Shown in pieces: positions 53,692-62,500 of a stretch of DNA of 64,000 nt. Origin of the DNA: an uncultured Actinomycetota bacterium (GTDB lineage Bacteria; Actinomycetota; Actinomycetes; Mycobacteriales; Pseudonocardiaceae); NCBI GenBank assembly GCA_963822695.1, contig CAWGJH010000010.1, positions 10,094-74,093 of the forward strand, read 5' to 3'. The notes beneath the pieces are model-generated. The model saw nothing but the letters and a program-made list of their open reading frames with translations. It ran no database searches and had not been told where the DNA came from. Position 1 is the first letter of the stretch, and each line of letters starts with the position of its first letter. The position numbers were made by a program, and so were the translations under genes.

Positions 53692-53812
53692 CATCGCTGT
53701 CACCGTGGGAATCAACAATCTCCATAGTAGGATCATCATGGATGAGCATCGCGGGGGCGATCGCAAGCAGTATTCCAACAATGAGGGTCAACAAGGCTAC
53801 GACAAGGGGCAT
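53663..53812 (-). CDS. possible 49-aa hydrophobic peptide
   Basis: GAGAGGAGATGTT precedes the ATG. The peptide is MPLVVALLTLIVGILLAIAPAMLIHDDPTMEIVDSHGDSDVNGWESGLR. It has AT-richer codons than the host genes and lies in IS debris. Confidence 0.3.
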   Translation of the reverse strand: MPLVVALLTLIVGILLAIAPAMLIHDDPTMEIVDSHGDSDVNGWESGLR

Positions 53813-54232
53813 AACATCTCCTCTCGACTCTCCGTAACTCCTGTGGACATAGATCCAAATTCAGGAATCATCGTTCGAGCCCTGTGATGGCGAAAAGTTA
53901 TCCGAACAGGTAACCGGTGTGGCCTGGTGGTACACGGTGCCGCTCATTCGCGGCCTAGACTCCACCCGTCAGACGTGTGCTGTCTTCATGCGCAGTGATG
54001 ACCTTCGCTACGTCTTTCAACGGCACCCCCGTCGCGACGCTGCGGGTGGCGGCTGCCTTCACCGAACGGGTCGTCGCGATCTGATCAAACCACGGGAACG
54101 GATACCAGCCTGGCACCGCTTCGCACGGGCTGTGTGAGGCCTGGTGCGGTTTCAGATGTCGCCGAGGTGCCCCGCTCTCCACCCCCGGTATCACCGGATC
54201 CAGACCGCACACCCCCACCCGACGATGATCCG

Positions 54233-54665
54233 GCTGCCAGTGTCAGCAAGCAGCTGGAGCGCATCAAGTGGTTCCTGTGGCACGGCAACCCTACCGTGCC
54301 CTGCAGATCATCGAGGACCTGGCGGTCGATCTCGACATCGACGGGCCCAGCGTCTCCCAGACCAAGCTACTCAGGGCGGTGCGCGAGTTCGGCGTCTACC
54401 TCGCCGCCAACACCGGGCGCATCCCCAACTACGGGGAGCGTCACCGCACCAGGGAGACCATCTCCACCTCGTTCGTCGAGTCCACGGTCAACCAAGTGAT
54501 GAGCAAGCCTGGTCAAAAAGCAGCAGATGCGCTGGAACCCCCTCGGTGCCCATCTGCTCCTGCAAATCCGCACCCGGATCCTCAACAACACCCTCACCGA
54601 CGACTACCGGCGCTGGTACCCCCCATTTCACCCACACCACCGATCAACAGAAGCTGGCCGCGTAG
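54233..54665 (+). mobile_element. ISKra4-family transposase C-terminal remnant (three frames)
   Basis: QLERIKWFLWHGN / YRALQIIEDLAVDLD...LLRAVREFGVYLAANTGRIPNYGERHRTRETISTSFVESTVNQVMSK / MRWNPLGAHLLLQIRTRILNNTLTDDYRRWYP. Confidence 0.65.
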
Positions 54666-54728
54666 CTCCCCCATTAATCCCGCTCTCCGTTATGATGCAG
54701 GCACCGACGCCGTCGAGGGGAGACTGTC

Positions 54729-56030
54729 GTGCTGGCACTGCGGCGCGTTGTGCACGAGATTCACTCCATCGAGATCGGTTCCGCCACCCGGTACGCGCAG
54801 CACCAGCTCGTGGTGGGCCGGGACCAGTCCCAGGCGCTGTTCGCTGATCCAGCCCTGGAGTCGGCACGGGTGCACGTCGCGGTACCGGGAGACCGGACTC
54901 GGATCGTTGCGCCGCTCGACGTCGTGGAGCCGCGCACGAAGGGATCGGGAGGGGCACTCGGCGGGGGAGTGTTTCCTGGCTGGATGGCGCCGGTGAACCG
55001 CAAGCGCGGGGGCGACACCCACGTGCTGCGCGGGGCCGCGGTGCTCGCCGCCGGATACCTGCCCCGTAACCAGGAGGGCCTGATCGACATGTCCGGCCCG
55101 GCCGCACAGCGCTCTCCGGTCGCCCGGACGAACAACGTCGTGATCGAATTCGACCGCGCTGACGGTGCCTCCTGGCAGGACGCCGAGGTTGCGGTGCGCC
55201 GTGGGCTGCTGCGCCTGGCCGTGCACCTCGCCGACGCCGCTGTCGATGCCCCGCCCGACGCGATCGAAGAACTGGCACCCCCGCACCGTCCGGGAACGCC
55301 CACCGGCGGTCTGCCCCGCGTCGGTGTGATCACCAACTTGCAGACCCAGGGAGCGTTCAAGGATGTCTTCGTCTACGGGCGCAGCATGGCCGGCAGCCTG
55401 CCGACCTTGTTCGATCCGACCGAGATCGAGGACGGGGCCGTGGTCAGCGGTCAGTACGGGCACCCGGCGCTGCGCAATCCCACCTACCTGCACCAGAACC
55501 ATCCGGTGATCGCCGAACTCCGCGCCCGCGATGGCCAGGACTTGTGCTTCGCGGGAGTGGTGCTGTGCCCGGAGCCGGTCGAACTGGCCGACAAAGAACT
55601 GGTCTCCGCGCATGCCGCCTGGCTGTGCCGCGCCGCTGGCTTCGACGCCGCCATCGTGACCAAGGAAGGCGCAGGCAACGCCGACAACGACCTGATGTTG
55701 AAGGTTGACGCGCTGGAGGCTGACGGCCTGACCGCGGTTGCGCTGTACGCCGAGTTGTCCGGTGCTGACGGCACCGGTCCACCGCTGGTGGCCGGTCCCC
55801 GAAGGGGCGCGGTGGTCAGTACCGGTAACTACGATCAGCGGGTGAAGTTGCCGGCGGTCGAGCGGGCTTTGGGGGGCGCTCGATTGGGCATCGCTGATGC
55901 GGACGCGACCGCGGCGGTCGAGGTGCCGACCGCCGCGATCCTGAGTGCCCTGAGCCCGCTGGGCGCCGGGTGGCTCACCTGCCGTTCGGAGCAGCAGTGG
56001 GCCGGCCAGCTGTGGGGAGGCGCGGCCTGA
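54729..56030 (+). CDS. glycine/sarcosine/betaine reductase component B non-seleno subunit (GrdE/GrdG/GrdI family)
   Basis: 433 aa with VVEPRTKG...GGVFPGW...THVLRGAAVL...QEGLIDMSG...NLQTQGAFKDVFVYG...NPTYLHQNHPVIAEL...IVTKEGAGNADNDLML. Stop/start overlap (ATGA) with the next gene. Confidence 0.75.
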   Translation: MLALRRVVHEIHSIEIGSATRYAQHQLVVGRDQSQALFADPALESARVHVAVPGDRTRIVAPLDVVEPRTKGSGGALGGGVFPGWMAPVNRKRGGDTHVLRGAAVLAAGYLPRNQEGLIDMSGPAAQRSPVARTNNVVIEFDRADGASWQDAEVAVRRGLLRLAVHLADAAVDAPPDAIEELAPPHRPGTPTGGLPRVGVITNLQTQGAFKDVFVYGRSMAGSLPTLFDPTEIEDGAVVSGQYGHPALRNPTYLHQNHPVIAELRARDGQDLCFAGVVLCPEPVELADKELVSAHAAWLCRAAGFDAAIVTKEGAGNADNDLMLKVDALEADGLTAVALYAELSGADGTGPPLVAGPRRGAVVSTGNYDQRVKLPAVERALGGARLGIADADATAAVEVPTAAILSALSPLGAGWLTCRSEQQWAGQLWGGAA

Positions 56031-57352
56031 TGCGCATCGTGCACTACGTCAATCAGTTCTATGCGGGGCTCGGTGGCGAGGAGGCGGCGGGTATCGGCCC
56101 CCGGGTACTCGACGGGATGGTGGGCCCTGGGCGGTTGCTGGCCCAGTTGCTCAATGCCGAGCACCAGGACGAATACCAGATTGTGGCCACGATCGTGTGC
56201 GGCGACGACTACGCCGCCTCTCACACCGCCGTCGTCGAGGAGTTGCTCGGGATGGCGCGTGCGGCCGGCGCCGAACTGCTGGTTGCTGGGCCCGCCTTCG
56301 GCAGCGGACGCTACGGGCTGGCGTGCGCCCGGCTGGTCGCCGCCGCCGACGCCGCTGGGTTGCCGGCGCTGGCCTCACTGCACCCCGACAACCCCGGCAT
56401 CTCTGACGCGGGGGCCGCACCAGTCGTGGCCGCGGGTACCACCAGCCGACAGATGCGGCCGACATTGCAGACGGTCGCCACCGCAATCGCGAAGCTGGCC
56501 ACCGGCGCGAAGCTGACGGTGGCGGACGGCCGAGTCGCCCGGGTCGCCCGGATCGGCCAACTGGTCGAGCAGCGCGCCGCGGCGCGGGCAGTCGGGCTCG
56601 TGCTGCGCCGCCTCGCCGGCGACCGGGAGAGCACCGAAGTCCCCATCGGTGGGTTCGACGTGGTCGCTCCATCGGCACCGGTCAACAAGGCGGCCAGCGC
56701 GACCATCGCGCTGGCCACCGAGGGTGCCGTGGTGCCAGCCGGCAACCCAGATCGGCTCGAGGCAGCCCGCGCCACCCGCTGGTTGCGCTACCAGATCGAG
56801 GGGGTCGACTCGCTGGCTGCCGGTGAGTGGGAGTCCGTGGACGGCGGCTTCGCCACCACCGCCGCCAATGCCGACCCGAACCGGATCCTGCCCCTGGACA
56901 CCGCCCGCACCCTGGAGCGCGAGGGCGCGATCGGCCGGCTGCACAACGAATTTCTGGTCACGGTGGGCAACGGCACGCAGGTGGACACCGCGCGGCGCTT
57001 CGGCGTCGAGTGGGCCGCGGAGCTGCGCAAGGCGGGCGTGCAGGCGGCGATCCTGACCGCCACTTGAGGCACCGGGACGCGTTGCGGGTCAGCGCTTGCC
57101 AAGGAGCTGGAGCGGGCTGGCATCCCCACGGCTCTGATCACCAACCTCGTGACGATCGCTGAGCAGGTCGGCGCGCCGCGGATCGTGCCGGGTCGCGGCA
57201 TCCCCTACCCGTCGGGCGATCCGAACCTGCCGCCACCTGCCGAGCGGGCCTGGCGGCGGCGACTGGTGCAACGGGCACTGGACGCGGTCGCGACCGCGGT
57301 CGAACGCCCCATGATCTTCGAAGTCGATGCTGCGGAGGAGACCCATGCCTGA
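56030..57352 (+). CDS. selenoprotein B of glycine/sarcosine/betaine reductase (GrdB/F/H family), UGA=Sec at 57065-57067
   Basis: Starts MRIVHYVNQFYAGLGGEE, then reaches ...AAILTAT-TGA-GTGTRCGSALAKELERAGIPTALITNLVTIAEQVGAPRIVPGRGIPYPSGDP..., in frame through the TGA to 57352. The U-x-x-C-x-x-C-like context is typical of GrdB. The ORF track splits the gene at this codon. Confidence 0.8.
57068..57100 (+). promoter_or_regulatory. candidate bacterial SECIS hairpin for the GrdB-like UGA
   Basis: The GCGUU(57079-83)/AGCGC(57091-95) stem starts 11 nt after the UGA and has a 7-nt loop, GCGGGUC. An outer GGCA/UGCC helix is at 57068-71/57097-100. Confidence 0.4.
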
Positions 57353-58772
57353 AGCCGCCGTGGTCCGCGCCGCCAGCCTCGTACTCGCCCATACCCCGGG
57401 CCTCGCCCGGCACGGCTCCAAGCCGATGCGTACCCTCGCTGGCGAAGACAAGCTGACGGCCAGCTTCCTGGCGAACCTGCGCAACTTCGACGATGCCGTC
57501 AACTACCCGCCGCACCAGGCGTTTCTGGGCGCCTGCCACCCTCGTGAGCTGCCGTCCCGTCCGTGGGTCGGGGCTGACTGGCCCGGCGCGGACCGCTTCG
57601 CGCCGTTCGGCGAACTGATGCCGGAGGAGGAGTTCCTCGGGTTGATGGCCGCAGTCGACGAGTTCGACCTGCTGGTGCTCACCCCGGAGGTCGCCGAGCG
57701 GGCCGCCAAGCGGTTGGCTGAGCATCCGCTGGCGGCGCGCCTGGACCTGGGGCGGATCTCCGCGGCGACCGGGGATGTCGCCGCTGCCGTGGCGAGCGGC
57801 GCCCTGCCGGTGCACCTGGCGCCCGACTGTCTCGCTGGCGCGCTGCGCGTGGCGCACGCCGAGGACGAGTCATTGGCCGCGCACGTGCTGATGGAGAACC
57901 TGGCCTGCAAGGCCACCGGCGCGCTGGCGCTGCTGCACCTGCTGCACGACCACGGTCTCGACCGAGCGGCCATCGGCTACACGATCTCCTGCTCGGAGGA
58001 GGCCGTCGGCGACCGCTACCAGCGCGGCGGGGGCAACATGGGCAAGACGATCGCGTCGGTAGCCGGCTTGAGTGAGTCCTCCGGTGCGGACGTCAAAAAT
58101 TTCTGCGCGGCGCCGATTCCCGCACTGGTGATCGCCGCCAGCCTCGTGGCGGCAGGAGTGGTCGAGCAGGTCGTGGTTGTCGCCGGAGGTTCACTACCCA
58201 AACTGGGAATGAAATTCGAGGGACACCTGCGCCACGGTCTGCCCGTGCTGGAAGATGTGATCGGCGGCGCCGCAATTCTGGTGACCGCCGACGACGGCAT
58301 CTCACCTCGAATCCGGCTCGACGCCGTCGGGCGCCACCGGGTGTCCTCGGGCGGCGGCGGTGCGCAGATCCTGAACGACCTGGCCGTGCGGCCGCTAGAG
58401 GCGATCGGCGCGCGCATGCTGGACATCGACGACTACGCCACCGAGCTGCACAATCCGGAGATCACCGAGCCGCAGGGTTCGGGAGACGTCGCGGCGCGCA
58501 ACTACCGTACGATCGCGGCGCTGGCCGCCCGCCGCAAGGAGATCGCCCGCGACGGCATTGAACCGTTTGTCGCGCAGCGTGGCATGCCGGGCTACGCGCC
58601 CACCCAGGGTCACATTGCGTCAGCGGTGTGTTACCTACCCCATGCCCTGAGCCGGCTGACGTCGGGACCGGCCGACCGGGTGTTGCTGCTCGCCAAGGGC
58701 AGCCTGTTCCTCGGGCGGATGAGCCAACAGTCCGATGGCATGAGCGTGCTGCTGGAACGCAATGGAGGCTGA
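57345..58772 (+). CDS. grdC: glycine reductase complex component C, beta subunit (GrdC)
   Basis: Has AASLVLAHTPGL...NYPPHQAFLG...FGELMPEEEFLGLM...ISCSEEAVGDRYQRGGGNMGKTIA...GMPGYAPTQGHI...KGSLFLGRM. An alternative ATG is at 57327. Confidence 0.75.
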   Translation: MPEAAVVRAASLVLAHTPGLARHGSKPMRTLAGEDKLTASFLANLRNFDDAVNYPPHQAFLGACHPRELPSRPWVGADWPGADRFAPFGELMPEEEFLGLMAAVDEFDLLVLTPEVAERAAKRLAEHPLAARLDLGRISAATGDVAAAVASGALPVHLAPDCLAGALRVAHAEDESLAAHVLMENLACKATGALALLHLLHDHGLDRAAIGYTISCSEEAVGDRYQRGGGNMGKTIASVAGLSESSGADVKNFCAAPIPALVIAASLVAAGVVEQVVVVAGGSLPKLGMKFEGHLRHGLPVLEDVIGGAAILVTADDGISPRIRLDAVGRHRVSSGGGGAQILNDLAVRPLEAIGARMLDIDDYATELHNPEITEPQGSGDVAARNYRTIAALAARRKEIARDGIEPFVAQRGMPGYAPTQGHIASAVCYLPHALSRLTSGPADRVLLLAKGSLFLGRMSQQSDGMSVLLERNGG

Positions 58773-58775
58773 CAC

Positions 58776-59114
58776 ATGGCTGTGCTGGATGCGACGAGAG
58801 AGAACTTCGACGAGCTCGTCGGGTCAGGTGTGGTGCTCGTGGATGTGTGGGCGGAAAGCTGCCGTCCGTGCGTGGTGCTGGGGCCACACATGGAGAGCAT
58901 CGCGAGTGGGAACCCAGATCTGACCGTGGTCAAGCTGGATGCCAGCAAAGCGCGGCGGCTGTGCATGTCACTGCAGGTGCGTGGACTTCCCACGATCCTG
59001 CTGCTCCACGACGGCCAGGAGGTGGCCCGGATTTCCGAGCCCAGCCTCACAGTAGAGCAGGTGGATACGTGGCTGACCACGGCGTTAGCCGAGTTACCCA
59101 CAAAGGAGGCATGA
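58776..59114 (+). CDS. trxA: thioredoxin with CRPC active site
   Basis: 112 aa with VLVDVWAESCRPCVVLGPHM...RGLPTILL. Confidence 0.85.
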   Translation: MAVLDATRENFDELVGSGVVLVDVWAESCRPCVVLGPHMESIASGNPDLTVVKLDASKARRLCMSLQVRGLPTILLLHDGQEVARISEPSLTVEQVDTWLTTALAELPTKEA

Positions 59115-59576
59115 ATGTTCGACGGCAAGCAGGTCATCGCGATCGGGGAACGCGACGGGATTTCGGGGACGGCGATTGCGACCTGCGTCCAGGCGGCGGG
59201 TGCCCCGGTGGCCTATGTCGCCACCGAATGCTTCGTTTGAACCGCCGCCGGCGCCATGGACCTGTCCACCCAGGAGACGATCAAGCGCCTGGTCAACGAG
59301 CACGGCGCAGATGCGCTGCTCGTCCTGCTCGGCGCCCCGGACGCGGAAAGCGCCGGGATCGCCGCCGAGACGGTGGTGCTCGGTGATCCGAGTTGGGCAG
59401 GACCGCTGGCCGGGGTCCAGTTGGGCCTCCCCGTATACCACATCCTCGAAGACGAGCCCCGCGCCGCAATCCCCACCGAGGTGTGGGAAGAGCAGGTCGG
59501 GCTGATGATCGACGTGCTGGAGGTGGACGCCATCGCCGACGCCGTGCGTGAGTTTCGGGAGCAGGTTCCCTCGTGA
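59115..59576 (+). CDS. grdA: selenoprotein A (GrdA), UGA=Sec at 59238-59240
   Basis: [78 protein letters not shown]... The [13 protein letters not shown] motif is the GrdA hallmark. The reading frame is continuous with ORF 59256..59576. Confidence 0.85.
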
Positions 59577-59795
59577 GTGAGCGCGGGGCAAACCGTGGTC
59601 CTGGACGCGGATCAGCATCGCCGCTTCTGGACCTCGGCCGCCGGCACTGACCCCACCAGCTCAGCACTACCTCCCACGGTTTGCTCCGCTCTCGTCAACA
59701 GCGTGGGCGGGCTGGCCTGCACCACCCGCACGTGGTCCTCGGACCGACCAGTGGATCCCATGTCGTCGAGGAGCAGCACGAACCGGGATCACGTT

Positions 59796-60296
59796 TTAGT
59801 GTGGTTGCTGGGCCTCTGTGTCGGGCGCGCTGGTGGTGTGTTCGAGGTGGGCGATGTGTTGGTGGGCGGCAGCGGTCAAGGGCATGTTCTGGTCGAGTAG
59901 TTCGCGCACTCGGGTGGCCAGGGTGAGTTCGGCACGGCTGTAGCGGCGTTGTCCGCCGGCGGAGCGGCTGGGGGTGAGCAGTCCGGCGGCGTCGAGGCTG
60001 CGCAGGAACGCGGGTTGCACCCCGAGAAGGTCGGCGGCCAGGCCGATGGTGTAGGCCGGGTAGTCGGCGTCATCGAACTTGCCCGGTGGGTGTGGCGATC
60101 TTGTCACCTGGTCTCCGAGGGACGAAGGGGCACTGGCAGGCGAAGCGGAGAACGGCTGCCAGTGCCCCAGGGATACGGCGCCGTCCCGGTGACACCGACC
60201 AGGACGGATGGGCTCTCCTGAGGCGGCGGTAGCCTGCGGGTTATCGCTGCGGCCCGGAGACTCCGGGCTGGCGGTCGCGATGCGGGAGAGCAACAC
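59796..60296 (-). CDS. MerR-family regulator (HspR-like), divergent from hsp20
   Basis: Has YTIGLAADLLGVQPAFLRSLDAAGLLTPSRSAGGQRRYSRAEL. The start is uncertain (the N-terminal ~70 aa are low complexity). Confidence 0.75.
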   Translation of the reverse strand: MLLSRIATASPESPGRSDNPQATAASGEPIRPGRCHRDGAVSLGHWQPFSASPASAPSSLGDQVTRSPHPPGKFDDADYPAYTIGLAADLLGVQPAFLRSLDAAGLLTPSRSAGGQRRYSRAELTLATRVRELLDQNMPLTAAAHQHIAHLEHTTSAPDTEAQQPH

Positions 60297-60666
60297 ACCG
60301 TCGCCACCGAGGACAGGTACGCCGGTATCACCTCCTCGCGAAGGAGCAACCCCTATGTGACCACATGGTGAACTTTAGATTATTCAACACATGTTGTCTA
60401 CTCCGGATCCCGGGTTCATGCGAGCGGAAGGCGGCTGACGGCCGCACCTGCGTGGCTCCATTCGGACGGTAGAGATCACGCGACGTGGCAGGACTGGGGA
60501 CCAATTCAGTCCGTCGCCACCGCCCAGCTTGGACGGCATCGCTTAGAAACTCTCCAGAGACGGGCATAAATTTACATCCGTAGATGGTGTGAGTAATATC
60601 GAGACACCGCGATAGCAGTGCGTACTTGTAGCGTCGTGCAGACGCCACGGAAGGAGAGAACCCACG

Positions 60667-61098
60667 ATGCTGATGCGTACCGACCCGTTCCGGGAGCTGG
60701 ACCGCATGGCTCAGCAGCTGTTCGGTGCCAATGGCACCAGCGCGCGTCCGGCGGTGATGCCGATGGACGCCTACCGGGACGGTGAGCAGTTCGTCGTGCA
60801 CTTCGACCTGCCCGGGGTGGACCCGTCCTCGATCGACCTCGACGTGGAACGCAACGTGCTCACCGTCAAGGCCGAGCGCACCCCTACCTATGCGGAGAAC
60901 GTCGAGGTGCAGGTCGCTGAGCGGCCCCGCGGGGTGTTTTCCCGCCAGCTGTTTTTGGGTGACACCCTCGACGCCGATCGGATCGAGGCCAGCTACGACG
61001 CCGGGGTGTTGACTCTGCGCATTCCCATCGCCGAGAAGGCCAAACCCCGCAAGATCGAGATCACCGGGGGTAACTCGCCCAAGAAGATCAACTCCTGA
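60667..61098 (+). CDS. Hsp20/alpha-crystallin small heat-shock protein
   Basis: Has [41 protein letters not shown]...[16 protein letters not shown]. Confidence 0.92.
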   Translation: MLMRTDPFRELDRMAQQLFGANGTSARPAVMPMDAYRDGEQFVVHFDLPGVDPSSIDLDVERNVLTVKAERTPTYAENVEVQVAERPRGVFSRQLFLGDTLDADRIEASYDAGVLTLRIPIAEKAKPRKIEITGGNSPKKINS

Positions 61099-61551
61099 CC
61101 CTGGACCGCTCACAGCCCAGCGGATCCACTTGTCGGCGGGGTCTGTCCGCAACGTGCGCGGTAGACCCCGCTGGCAGGCAACCCACCACAGACGACAACA
61201 ACGGCTTTCGCACCAGCGACGCCGGCGACGCTCCGGGCCAGTGCCGGGTACCGCCCCGCAAGGCACACCACGACAGGGCCCGCGTCAGAGCAGCGCCAGG
61301 CCGATAAACCCGGGGTCGCTGACAGCGGCTGAGCGCTCGACGGAAACCTGGCGATGCCCTGCTTGACAGCGCTGACCGCAGGTGTTAGACATTGCGCTGG
61401 CAATAACAGTGGACAGTCCAAAAGCGCCCGCACGAGGCGATGCAAGGGCAGGACATCAGGGAACGCAGGAGGTTGAGGAACGGTCGAGAGGAGGTGGTCG
61501 CCGCGACATTTCGGTGTACATCGCAATCAAGACAGCTTCATTCCCTCCCCC

Positions 61552-61580
61552 GGGGCCCGGCCGAGCGGCCGGGCCCCTTT
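61552..61580 (+). terminator. perfect 11-bp GC hairpin followed by TTT
   Basis: GGGGCCCGGCC-GAGC-GGCCGGGCCCC-TTT, lying 110 nt upstream of the decayed lipid-kinase gene. Confidence 0.45.
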
Positions 61581-61689
61581 CCCTGGGCACCCACCCGGCG
61601 TTGACTGAGCCGTTCCGCAATGGCTGCAGGCTGTACGTGGGGCGTTGTATGTAATGAGCAATCCGCCAAGTAAATGGTAAACCTCGTCG

Positions 61690-62500
61690 ATGGGTTATAC
61701 ATCCATCACCGTGATCCTTAACCCGGCGGCAGGTTCGGGTACCCACCAGCCCCGTGTCCGTCGGGCCGCGCAGGACCGGCAGATCGATGTCCGTGAGATG
61801 CACGCGGGTGACGAAGCTGGTGCCCTGGCGCGGGAAGCAGCCGACGACGGTGCCCAGGTGCTGATCGCGGCGGGGAGAGACGGAACGCTCAGCGCCGTCG
61901 CGGGAGTGGCAGCCCAGCACGATATCCCCTTGGTCGTCGTTCCCTGCGGCACCCGCAACCACTTCGCCAAGGACTGCGGGGCCGCCACCATCAACCCGGT
62001 AGGCCAGCTCGCATCGACGTCGGCACGGTCAACGGCCGGGTGTTCCTCGACAACGTCTCGGTCGGCTTCTATGCCACCATGGTGCGCGATCCGCAGTACC
62101 GGCAGCGCCGGATCCGGGTCGCGGCGCGGTACGCACAGCGTGCCCTGCTCTGGGTGGGTGACGCGCATCGCTGCGCACCGCAGTACCTCACCGGGTCGTC
62201 ACCCCGGAACAAGTGCTGGCGGTTCTGTACCATCCGTCCCGGTGCGTTACGGCTGCTGCAACCCTGCGCGAATACACCAGCGCAACGGCAGTTCTTCCGG
62301 CGATGGTGACCTCACCGAGCCACTCGATTCGAGGAGCGTCGAGCAGACCCGCCGCCAACTTGCCAACTTCGAAGTCCGCGGTCTCAGTGAGGGGGGAGCA
62401 GATGGCGGCGTACCGGCCCGACCCGGATCCATGGTTGGAGGGCGTCGGTGGCGCTTGTTCGTCGGTGGACGGGGATCGGGACCGCGCTCCAGCTCGACGC
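61690..62500 (+). pseudogene. diacylglycerol/lipid kinase (DAGK_cat family), spread over three frames
   Basis: ITVILNPAAGSG...LIAAGRDGTLSAV...LVVVPCGTRNHFAKDCG (frame 1), then RIDVGTVNGRVFLDNVSVGFYATMVRDPQYR (frame 0), then the remainder in frame 2. The 425-aa ORF is mostly out-of-frame read-through. Confidence 0.65.

Noticed and set aside
53955-54218. 87-aa minus ORF (…ATGVPLKDVAKVITAHEDST…) as an integrase fragment
   Set aside because: It bears only a vague resemblance to the GV.L..VQ..LGH block of tyrosine recombinases. It is too short and degenerate to call.
54268-54996. 242-aa ORF spanning the IS remnant and the grd start
   Set aside because: Only residues matching ISKra4 transposase are meaningful. 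The downstream part is out-of-frame across the grdE-like gene.
59577-59795. Minus-strand fragment RFVLLLDDMGSTGRSEDHVRVVQ... after grdA as a decayed ATPase or a grdD remnant
   Set aside because: It shows no GrdD-like motifs and is too short. I cannot assign it to a family.
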